NCBI GenBank assembly: GCA_040954595.2
Contig: CM082589.2
Span: 2,101,498 to 2,165,497 of the forward strand
Direction: 5' to 3'
Origin: Balanoglossus misakiensis
Taxonomy: Eukaryota > Animalia > Hemichordata
DNA: 64,000 nucleotides
Shown: in pieces, positions 1 to 10,313 of the stretch
How positions within the stretch are numbered: position 1 is the stretch's first letter
Layout of the letters: the number at the start of each line of letters is the position of its first letter
The notes under the pieces: model-generated
What the model was told of the DNA's origin: nothing
Database searches by the model: none
The model's input: the letters and a program-made list of their open reading frames with translations, nothing else
Made by a program: the position numbers and the translations under genes

Positions 1-100
1 CAAGCGTTATCATTAAACTTTTTCTTACATTCGTTTTACCAGCCGAAAAGTGAAGTAAAAGATTTAATTTTGTGGTACAGTGTCAGCCCCTTTCTTACAG

Positions 101-167
101 TATGTCAACAGCGATGAATATTACATTAGAACTGGCGCTATAGCACGTTTGGACCCGAAAGATAACG
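101..167 (+). CDS. ENPP exon (YVNSDEYYIRTGAIARLDPKDN)
   Basis: tttcttacag acceptor, G|GTATGT donor; 67 nt ending in phase 1, matching the next exon; G-x-x-AR-L-x-P resembles ENPP catalytic-domain sequence. Confidence 0.75.
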
Positions 168-3100
168 GTATGTAGTTGCATGTAATCGCACTTGATCACT
201 GTTATGGGAACATCACGGGGGTTCACCGAATTATTTAAATTCTATAAAGCCCCAAGTGATATTCTTTGGTACGACTTCCTATAGCCGTGAGTCTTGTCAA
301 CAGTTTTGCAATGAAATAATGTTTCATTTGCAAGTTATCGACACTTTTCAAAACAGTGACACCCTAAAATCGGATCTACATGTTTACTGCCACTGTAGTA
401 GAGTATGAGAGAAAATAAACCAGTAACCTACCAGAGTATCAGACTTGTTATCCCTGTGTATCTGTAGTGGCGAAGGAGCTTCCATCTTGTAGCCTGGGCT
501 TTGTCAAACACACACAACTATTCCATGTCAGAAATTCCAGAGAAGGGCCGGGGACAAACGGTACCTGTAGAGATATCCATATCCACACACATTAGATAAT
601 TGCTCCATGATTTTCCGGGTGTACTGACGCTTGGAGGCGTGGGTCTATTTTCCACAGATTTTGTTCAAATCTTGTCGAACAACACGACGAAAAGTTGCAT
701 ATCACTCTCTAGTCCACACAACGCGTGCCATGTCTTCCCACTTAATTACGCAACTGAGCAGAGCCAACTCATCCACGTGGTCGAACACGTCACGAGACAC
801 GCGTCCAGTTTCAAGCCAGCTGGCACCATCCAATCATAATAATTAACCACCTGTTAGGCTATGGCCAGCCAATAAAGCGAAAAAGTGCAGACTCATCGTC
901 GCTGGCGCTTGCCCCAGACAATAGAACAGAACATGGGGAACGTGCATATGAATTGACTAATTAGAAAACGGTTTCCGTTCACACCATGTTACTGGCAGCA
1001 AAATATGGATTATCGATGTTATAAAGCCGTATCCACAATCAAAAATAAATATCATAACATTCCCCTACATTTTCAATTTACTTTCAATTGTATTTATTCA
1101 ACATTAACTGTAGATTTTCCGTCTCTGCAGCTGCCATCAAAGACCCAGACGAAATTGTTGCACAATTCCAGGTAACAAGTCAGCGATATTAATTAGTAAA
1201 TCGATGCTTTAAAGTTGATTCAAACCTGTTTAAGTGTAATCTATTCCTGAAAACACCACGATTCAAGAAACCATTTCAGATACAGTGCCTCCACAGGTCG
1301 CTATTTGAAGGCTAAACTACATTCGCTAACTTCTGATTCTTTTCAGTGTCAAGAAGAACACTTGGCGGCCTACACAAAATGGAATCTGCCCAAAAATTGG
1401 CATTATGCCGACAGTATACGGATTGAGGATTCAGTCGTTGTGTCTGATGAGGAATATTACATTTCCATGTAAGTTTCTCTCAAGATGTCAGTAAACGAAA
1501 ATATTTATTGAAAAATTACTTCCTTGGAAAAATTAATTGATTTGTCAATGAACCTTTGCTTCACAGTAAGTTGGACGAATCTTACGACCCGTCATATTGT
1601 TCTGGCGGTAACCATGGATGGGATCAAAGAGGCGTGAAGATGGAGGTCAGTGTGACAAGGTCTACTCTGGCGAATTTGCCTTTTAATCTGTAAGAGCCAC
1701 AGTCTAGAAAATTGTTTTATAATTTGCTTGAGTGACATGATTCCAAAGTATTTTTCAAACTAATTACATGAGGGCTCTGTTTGTGATTAATTCGCGCAAT
1801 GTCTCTTTTTTCGCTCTGCCAGTCTCTTTTCTTGGCGCATGGACCTGCTTTCAAACAAAAACTGGAAATCGAACCTTTCTACAATATCGAGTTGTATCCA
1901 TTGATGGCAGGTATGATCTTTAATTAAACCTTCCTGTCTGTCTGTCTATGAGCCCATATACACGACTTCATTTTCTTTTGAGAAACATAATTCGTCTTCG
2001 TATTGGTTGCCAATCCGTGTGTCTCCACCTTTGCATTTATGCAGAGGTGCTCGGTCTGCCGGAAGAGCCGAACAACGCCACCACAGGCAGCATGAGTCAC
2101 ATACTGAAAAACCCTCAACCAATCCCCGCTCCAAATTTGAGCGGTGCAACCGACCCTGGTGACTGTCCGTATCCCGAAGACAATGAAGCATACGATGAAC
2201 GAGTAGCTGTGGACGAATCAGGGTGTACCTGTGACATGGAAACTGTACGTAATCCCAACGTGACTGATTGATTGATTGATTGATTGATTGATTAGAGGTT
2301 ACTTGATTAATCAGCCGCAGTCTTTATTGAATACAGTAGAAACCAACTAACCACCAACCTTTCACCTGTGCATGCAGGTATCCCTAGACTTCAGTTTACG
2401 TCAGGCGTTTTTGTCTCATTTACTTTCCAGAATAGAAAGATATACGACAACAGGTATAATCTTTCCCCGGCTGAAAGTAAGTGCCCTGTATTTATAAACT
2501 CTCAAGAATACACGTGGACTTTTAATCATATAACTGAAGCACGTGCATTTACAGCGTTTAACATTTCCTGTATATGTATTTCTGTACTGCAGTGCAGACA
2601 TCACAAAACAAACACCTGCCTTTCGGCACCCCTGTCGTCAACTTCACCACATCTCACTGTGTACTCACACATATCCACTACATCACCGGATATGACAACA
2701 CACATCGTCTGCCTTTGTGGGGGGCCTACACCATGGATGGAAAGGTAAGTTTAGAAGCAACCCATGGGTTCGTTCGGTAGATGGGTCTTTCATGTTACGT
2801 GCATAATTTTTTTCAAGGCTATTTCTCATCAAAGACAACGAAGAGAACCACAAAGACCACCCTACAGTGAGCTTAACATGTGAATACAAAATGTACCACT
2901 ACGGTGGATTTTTGGTACTGACTGGCCCCTACATATCACGACAATTTTGAATATTTTCTACATAAACTTTCTAGATAGACAGACTGAGATTTCCACCAAG
3001 ACCGGACTGCGCGAGAGCTGATGTTCGAGTGTCTCCCGAAAACACCCCCGAATGCACCGACTACAACTCAACAGAAGTGGACTACGAAATTGGATTCAAT

Positions 3101-5081
3101 GTTCCTCAAGGTGCCGATTTTCTCTTTTTTTCTTTTCTGTCACTAAGTCTGGCGTTTCTATGCCCACTTGTTTGTGTGAATTTCGCTTTTTGGCCAATTT
3201 TACTCATCTTTTTCAACCTCATCTTGATTTCTCTCTTCAGTAATTTGGGAAAAGCATGACGACCAGATGGATGTCCTACTCACGTCTAATATGATGCCGA
3301 TGCGGGCCAATTTTACAAAAGGTACGTGGCGTATGGAACGTGGATCAACACACGAACGAAAAACCAGAAATTGTTTCTACAATCGGTTGCCGTTTGACAT
3401 TTTATTTTGGTAATTTCCGTGTGGACATTTTAGGATACGTTTTTTTTATTTTTAAAACAGAAATATGGAACTACGTGGCAAACAACATTCTCGCTTGGGC
3501 GGACAAATACAACGGCACGAACGTCATTTCAGGTCCGATTTTTGATTACAACTACGACGGACATAAGGATGACGATGGCGTTCTCGCTAATCACTCGTAA
3601 GTCATAGCACATGTTGGTCGTTAGAGGGCACTTCTTGTTTGTTGTTGCTGGAGCACGTGGGCAAGTAAAGTCCATGTCATCAAAGTTTAGATGCAATAGT
3701 TTTCCCAAGTTTCGATCCAGAATAAACATGAATATGAATAGCACCACTGTACCGAGTAATATTGTTAACTTATCTCACATTTATTGTAGGTCCAAAGCCA
3801 AGTTTGGCGACACTTGGGTTCCATCGCATTACTACGTCATAGTTACCCGCTGTCCCGGAGAACAAACACAATATGGAGTGGAGTGTGAAAATGATCTTGA
3901 GGTTCTTCCGTTTATTTTTCGGGATAGTGATGGTATTGAAGTGTGCCAGGTAAGTTAGCAGGGATCATTGCCTGGCAACAGTGACGACCCTAAGCAGTAT
4001 TGCGCATGCAATTAACCAGGCATATGACGGTCCTTGTGGACAAACCTGCCTATACTGCACACAGAACAACGCCATCTCCGTTCTGATATAGGCGCGCCAG
4101 GCCACCATGTCGTTACAAGAGTTTAGAGCAGAAAAAAAAATAGCTTGAAAGAGTCAAGTAATCGCTTTGAGGAGTTATCAATAACAGAATCATTGAACCG
4201 ACCTCCCCGTACGGCACATGCGTACCACCGGCCATGTGTTGTATAACAGACTCATTCATACAACCACAAAATTGGATCATAATCTGCCCAGCGGAGGAGA
4301 CGTAAACCTCCTATTGAACGATCATACAAACGACCGATGATGGGCCATATTTTTGAGAATTAATGAAAACTCGTAATAAATGAGATTTGTTGCATTTAAT
4401 GCTTGGAAATTACAAATGCACATTCGGTTTGACTTGCATGACGTAAAAAATTCATAATGCTTGACTGATTAAGCGCAAGATGTAATGAAAAATAGGAGTA
4501 TAAGACCTATGTTTATGGCGGCGGTATCAAAAGGCGTTTCGAGCATATCAAGCCACCCGCCTCGTCTTGTACTGAAACTATCGACAATGGAGTACGTTAA
4601 AATGCGATAAGACCATGAGGATGCCTGATTGTTGAACAGATGTCCGCTTAATGCAATTTCGGAGCAAGAAAGGTCGTACAGATATTGCACAACCAGTTAA
4701 TTTACGATCACAAATAACGTAAATTTAAAAGCAGATAATTCATATTTTGGTCTGGATATAACGAGAAACGAATAAATCCGATCACGGTCCCAGTGTAGTA
4801 GTAATTAATTAGTTCCGCTCGGCTGACGTTACGTATTTGGCCGTTGCTATCAAGCTAAGGTTAGAAAACAGTTAGAGGTTGGTAGTGATTAAAACACTGA
4901 CACGAATGAATGTACTATGTTGTTTCATTGACAGACCCAAGAGCGTTACATCCAGCTGGACATCGCCACGGTGCGGGACATCGAATATTTGACTGGTCTC
5001 AGCTTTTTTCCCGATTTGCCTGTCGAAAAATCCATACAGCTGAAACTCTTCCAGAACAAGGACATTTGGCCGACCGTTTAG
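101..5081 (+). CDS. ENPP1/2/3-family ectonucleotide pyrophosphatase/phosphodiesterase, 5'-partial: join(101-167,1131-1171,1347-1468,1567-1645,1823-1910,2045-2244,2431-2476,2593-2744,2975-3110,3241-3321,3461-3596,3790-3949,4935-5081). Covers the C-terminal part of the catalytic domain, the linker and the nuclease-like domain.
   Basis: Manual splicing gives 13 AG/GT-bounded exons, 1455 nt = 484 codons + TAG (5079-5081), phases compatible throughout. ENPP hallmarks: LPKNWHYADSIRIE, GGNHGWD, FLAHGPAFK...IEPFYNIELYPLMA, PNNAT, HLPFGTP, CARADVRV, NGTNVISGPIFDYNYDGHKD, VPSHYYVIVTRC, VRDIEYLTGLSFF. Orthology to ENPP1, 2 or 3 is not resolvable by eye. Confidence 0.93.
1131..1171 (+). CDS. ENPP exon (AIKDPDEIVAQFQ)
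   Basis: gtctctgcag acceptor, CAG|GTAACA donor; 41 nt, phase 1->0. Confidence 0.8.
1347..1468 (+). CDS. ENPP exon (CQEEHLAAYTKWNLPKNWHYADSIRIEDSVVVSDEEYYIS)
   Basis: ttcttttcag acceptor, GTAAGT donor; LPKxxHYAxSxRIE motif. Confidence 0.93.
1567..1645 (+). CDS. ENPP exon with zinc-ligand His motif (KLDESYDPSYCSGGNHGWDQRGVKME)
   Basis: ttcacag acceptor, GAG|GTCAGT donor; GxHGxD motif of the NPP/alkaline phosphatase superfamily. Confidence 0.93.
1823..1910 (+). CDS. ENPP exon (SLFLAHGPAFKQKLEIEPFYNIELYPLMA)
   Basis: ctctgccag acceptor, CAG|GTATGA donor; FxAxGPxFK...PFxNIExYxLM motif. Confidence 0.95.
2045..2244 (+). CDS. ENPP exon (VLGLPEEPNNATTGSMSHILKNP...SGCTCDMET)
   Basis: ttatgcag acceptor, GTACGT donor; PNN(G/A)TxGSxxHxLK and GCxC linker motifs; overlaps ORF 1948..2271. 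Confidence 0.92.
2265..2293. repeat. (TGAT)n microsatellite, ~7 units, intronic
   Basis: tgattgattgattgattgattgattgatt read directly. Confidence 0.9.
2431..2476 (+). CDS. ENPP exon (NRKIYDNRYNLSPAE)
   Basis: tactttccag acceptor, GTAAGT donor; 46 nt, phase 0->1. Confidence 0.85.
2593..2744 (+). CDS. ENPP exon (QTSQNKHLPFGTPVVNFTTSHCVLTHIHYITGYDNTHRLPLWGAYTMDGK)
   Basis: actgcag acceptor, AAG|GTAAGT donor; HLPxGxP...CxL...GY...PLWxxYT start of the nuclease-like domain. Confidence 0.93.
2975..3110 (+). CDS. ENPP exon (IDRLRFPPRPDCARADVRVSPENTPECTDYNSTEVDYEIGFNVPQ)
   Basis: ctttctag acceptor, AAG|GTGCCG donor; CxRxDVRV...CxxY motif. Confidence 0.88.
3241..3321 (+). CDS. ENPP exon (IWEKHDDQMDVLLTSNMMPMRANFTK)
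   Basis: ctctcttcag acceptor, AAG|GTACGT donor; LxTSNxxPMxxxF motif. Confidence 0.92.
3461..3596 (+). CDS. ENPP exon with EF-hand-like Ca2+ loop (IWNYVANNILAWADKYNGTNVISGPIFDYNYDGHKDDDGVLANH)
   Basis: aaaacag acceptor, GTAAGT donor; NGxNVxSGPxFDYNYDGxxD motif of ENPP1-3. Confidence 0.95.
3790..3949 (+). CDS. ENPP exon (SKAKFGDTWVPSHYYVIVTRC...LEVLPFIFRDSDGIEVCQ)
   Basis: ttattgtag acceptor, CAG|GTAAGT donor; VPxHYxxxxTxC motif. Confidence 0.92.
4935..5081 (+). CDS. ENPP terminal coding exon (TQERYIQLDIATVRDIEYLTGLSFFPDLPVEKSIQLKLFQNKDIWPTV*)
   Basis: cattgacag acceptor; AxVRDxExLTGLxF...LK C-terminal motif; TAG at 5079-5081. Confidence 0.92.
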   Translation, partial: TQERYIQLDIATVRDIEYLTGLSFFPDLPVEKSIQLKLFQNKDIWPTV

Positions 5082-8000
5082 ACTCCAACACAAATGTTTG
5101 GCTGTACATTTCTCAGTTTGGTTGCAAAGATTTGTGTCACAGCGACATGAACAAATTGCTCCTCCTGACAGCTTTGAGTTCAAGTTCGGAGAGATAAATT
5201 ACGATAATTGTTAATTTTTAATGAGAAATTATCATCACATCGACTGAAAATAAGACTTTGTCAGCTAGAACCTTGAGTAGTTTTGACTTTGTAGGGTGTA
5301 AAAGTAATAATTGACTTTGTAGTTCAAACAGTTCGATCCTGGTCCGCAGTTTTACTCATTTTAAAAGTGCTAACTTTTGACAGACAACTTGGTAAAATTT
5401 CGACGCACTCTGAAACGACATTTAATTTTTGGCCGATGTTCCTCCGGATGAGTTACACATCAGATGTCGAACGGTAATCGGTCTGATTTCCCCCGAGGGC
5501 TGACCTTCATTTCCAGAAAATCCACCCGAATCAAGGAACATTGTTTTTTACGCCGATGCGTTGTTCCACCCAAATTACTTCATATGATTAATCCGACAAC
5601 CAGAGTACATAATTGAAGAGAGATGGACAGGGATCAGGTCTTGCCGTCGGTGGCGCCCTAGACTAACCCCACACGTGATATTTACTCAGAGGTCTGGTCT
5701 GGTTCCGTGAAAACCTGCCATGTGCGTGTGTTGCTACACGCGAAACGTTGCAGACTGGTCTGACCAGAAAGACCTCTTCTACTCATTCGCATTAATGTCC
5801 CTGAAAAAAATAGGGGACTCCATCGCGCCTTTTAGACGATTACCATGCACGCAACGGTGGCAACTTAGCAAGGGTACATTCACAAACTAGCCAGTAAAGG
5901 AGAGCCCTCAAGGGACATGTATAATACTGTCTCGTACGTAAGAATGGAATAGAAATTTAATTTTCTGAAATGTTTGTAGTTTAATCCTCTTACCGGAAAG
6001 GGACAAGTAGGCATAATACTTCAGAACGTCTATATGACATGAATATTACATAATTATAGTATCATTCTGAGACTGGATATTCTTATTAATATTTTCCTAC
6101 CTCTCTGTGGTAGCTCCATGCTCCGATTAGGTAATTGGATTTTCTTGTGTACATGTTGACATTTATTGACGGCCAGTGTGTCGTTCAGGTTGCCATAGTG
6201 TAATGGGATTGCGCCTCGCCTCGCATCGCCATAAATCTAGGGAGGGTAATAGTAATACAGAATAGTTATGGCAAATCCTGAAAAATCTCTTTACTGAATG
6301 CTAAGTGAGGTGATATTAAAGGAACATACTGGTGAGGTTGGCCTCATATTCAGTTTGATTTTCTTATGTAATTATTTGATGGGTGCCACACTGTGACTAT
6401 TGAAATTCTACATATACATGTATGTGGTTCTTGTGGGTGACGTAATGCCTCACTCCAAGTGCAGTTGTCAGGGGCAGCTCAAGGCCTATGCCTGCCCTGT
6501 GTACTAGCAGGTGATATTATCTGAATGTCCCCTGTCGGCAACACACTGTAATTACCACACAACGCTAAATCAAACCGTGAAGTCACCAACATGAAGTGAC
6601 AATGTATTCAACATCACGCCACGGTGTCATTTCGTGACAACAGATCGCGACCATGGCCAATAAAGACCTTTAATTAACTCAAATAATCAATCGCCGCTGT
6701 TTCCTTACGTCGGAAAAATCACATCACAAGAAACAGAGGCGTGAATTGATTAAATGTCAAACCTGTTCTCCTGCAACACGGAAATTTGCGAATTCTCAAA
6801 CCAACCGCATGCAGACGGTATGCCAGACAATAAAGGCGATTGACCGTGAGACATTTTTATCATAAAGTGTTTATGTATTATTCCAAGTAAATTGCCTCCA
6901 ATTGAGCGTTTAATGAGATTTTCACGGACGGAGTGGGTTGTAACTTTCAGGTATTATGAAGCACGGCTTAGGATCGTCTTACTTTAATCAAGTGTTTTAT
7001 TAAAGCATTTTAGCAGTTTAATTGGGTCCTTATAACATTTTATTTTCAAAGGTGACGACAGCACGTTTCCTGGACGCTTTTGTCGAAACATTTTAAAAGC
7101 ATATCGTGGGAAGCGAGCTGGAATACGATTAAAGTTAAACCGATTTGACTTCTGAAGGGTATGATTCGTTACTCAGCTTTCGAGCCATTTTACGCAAGAA
7201 CCATCGAATGCACCTACAGCTTACACAGTAGCCCGAAAAAAGGGTAAAAAAGTTTGTGTCTCCAAACACAATGAATGCGCTAGTGCCGCCATTTTGGAAA
7301 TCTTGGTGGCAGAATCACGGTCACGAAACCAGTGATTGATGTCTCCATCTTTGGCATCACCTGCCACAACGAGCGCCCAACAACATATTTTTAGAATTGC
7401 CAATAGAGTTTATTGTCTGTATATGTCTGACACGAATCGCTGAACACAATATTCATCACCGATGTCTGACAATCCTTTCTCGGTGTACATGTTCGCCGGT
7501 CACGCTCCAATAGAGCTGTCGACACAGACAAAACAAATGAGCTGCACAAACCCCGCTCTGTATTTGATGGGACACGCCCAATATACATTTGTGTTCCTTC
7601 ACGAATGTTCATACATTCGACATGCACTTTTCTTTGTTCCAGAAACATGGTCTTGTAATGTACATACTCTAAAACACTGGAGCAAGTAAATTCATTCGAT
7701 TATCATGCGGTAAATGCGAATGAATTGCGACAAAAATAGGGTATTCAAGCACCTTAACCGGTGGGATGGCGAAAAGCTATTTCCTCCTACATGAATAACG
7801 GTGAAAGGAATCCACAGTCAAGGTACAAGTACACTGTATTGATTTGTCTTCAAACGGAAAATCAAATCAGAAAGAACAGTAAAACGTGACAGGTTTCTTA
7901 ATGGCTCGAGCGAGTGCCATGGTTTAACTCACAGAAATGTTACAAGCAGAAAAGATGCGGAAACGCATCTTACGAATGCCTGTTAGTCAGTTTCGGATAT

Positions 8001-10313
8001 GTCATATAATATGATTTCCGTCCCTACCTGATGTAACATATGTAAATATGTAGAATTTTCCTGTCTTTGACAGGTAGCAAGGAACAAAAGCGCATTTCTA
8101 ATGGAAATTAAGTTGCTGGGTTTCCTTTTGCGTTTAATTCAGGAAAATGAAGATGCGCGGCAAATGCCGACCACAACCCCGAAATCTCATTAAAATGGCA
8201 GCCGCAAAACAACACTTACACCGAGATCTGCTGTCACTGACCGATAGAGTAAAAGTGGAATAAAACTGCTGAATAAAATGTGGAAACTATTTCAGGGACA
8301 AATTGGCAGTTAAAAATCAATGTTTTACCATAAACAGTGAACATTTTGTGACTCTATGTTTATGGGGTGAATTCCATCGACACCTGGACGACAGCATCAC
8401 ATCTCACGATGGTGGAATGCAGCAATTGAGTGACTATTGAACTCTCAAAAGTTATAACTATAAGAATGTAATATTTTCAGTTCCTTTTATAGCGTTCCAC
8501 CCATTGCATAAGCTGTATTTTACTGCTTTGAAAAGGCAGCCATGATAAATCAAAAGGAGCGAATATCTGTCATGAAACCGGCATAAAGGTTCCATTTATG
8601 TCATTCGTATCGATTCACATTAATGGATTAAAAGGCGGGATAACTTTACATTTGCTATAATGTCATTATGTGAACCCTTACTGGGTTTGAAACGACGGCA
8701 CTTGTGTCTCGTTTCTGTCATGTTGCAACCATAAATATTTCAGAAGATTGACGAGACGACATATCGAGAGCCTGTCATTCAAGCGTGATATGCACCTATT
8801 CACCTTTCGTCAGTTGTATTAAGGTATGTATGTGTAATTTTTTGTGTGTACGTGTGTGTGGGTGTGCATGGGAGGGGGTATATGGACAGAGGGAAAAGGA
8901 GCCGGAAATATACAAAACATTACACGAATCCTTAAATGAAAATTATATTTGTATTTTAATAACAGTCATATAGATGTTGTTAAAATGAGTACAATACAGT
9001 TAAATAACACATTTCTACAGGATATTGGAATATCGACTACCGTTCAAGAAGTTTTGAGCGCGATCAGAAAAAATAAAAGTGTATTAAGTCTCGAGTTGTC
9101 GTGCAAAACGATCTCGATTACAAGCGTAAGTCTGTTGTTGCTTAAACCAGGAGGTTTGGCACAAAATACCTGAGACAGGAGCTCATTTTCTGTTTTGTTG
9201 ATCGAATAAAGGATTATTTCAGAAGCTGTCCGTGTATTTTGATGCAACTCAAAAAAGATCATCCAGGACAATGGAAAGCACTACACATCATTATTACACT
9301 GGTTCATACAAGATTTGTAGATGCTACGTGTTTATTTGAGAGATTAGTTACACAGATTTAGAATGTATCTAAAAGCAAAATATGTACATGTACACGACAG
9401 AAAATGTACCAAACATGGAGTGTTAAGCTCAAGAATTTTCAGCACGACCTTATCAGTACCGCCTGTATTTTTTCTCGAAGAATCCTTATCATTCAAGTCA
9501 TTAAAGAAACCATTGTTGTCGTGCAATAATGCCCACTTACAAGTATGTCCAAAGTTGATGGGCAACTGTAAGCAAAATCGAACAGTTGAGACTAACAAAC
9601 AGTTTATTTCTCTTGGCGAGTAACAGGCAGTGCATTTTTGTTAACTATGTACTCTTTGTGAAGAGGTCATAGAAACTATATTTCTCCGAGTCTAGAGCTC
9701 GCTGTAACTTTGTTACATCTGCCAAGCCAAACTCCGCAAAGCTCGCCGTGACACTAAACTGCTTGCGCAAGATCTGTTATTGCTGCTTTATATATTGTGC
9801 GAATTATATTCTGGTTTTAAACACAGTACACAGATTGCACACGTCTTGGAAAAAGGAAATAATCTCGTGCCGCTTGATCAACTTTACTTCCTCCCACCGG
9901 GATTTGCGAATTCGTCTCCAGCTTCAGAACAAACTCTATTGCTGCGAAGTCCAAATGATATAAGTGACGTCCAACACCAGGTGATTTTGATACCCTGTTT
10001 GTTCAATTTGTAATATCTGAGCTCCAACTCGCAGTGTCATCATCTTACTACTTTTAGGAAACTTTCAATGAGTCATATAGCATCAATTAGACCCACATGT
10101 GTTTACTGTATTCAGTCTCGTAAACTAACAGCAAAAGTTAATTGGTCAAAAATAAAATAAAGCAACCTTCACGATGAAATGGTGGTACACGTAGAATCGG
10201 ATAACAGTTTTCACGAGGAGTTTTCAACACTGGTAAATATATAACAAGAGAACGTACTCTATCGAGAAGAATAGTCAGAATTGCTTTACTGGTAGAAATG
10301 CGTTATTACTGAA

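Noticed and set aside
5325-5350. tRNA gene from B-box-like GTTCGATCC (also 45664 and 51177)
   Set aside because: No correctly spaced A-box and no cloverleaf.
5716-5777. Hammerhead ribozyme (hairpin followed by GAAAC ... GTC)
   Set aside because: The required CUGANGA core is absent (CTGCCATGT instead) and stem III has only two pairs.
7130-7400. Non-autonomous DNA transposon around GCCGCCATTTTG (similar candidates at 35993, 39200 and 40417)
   Set aside because: No matching terminal inverted repeats or target-site duplications could be paired by eye; needs a repeat library.
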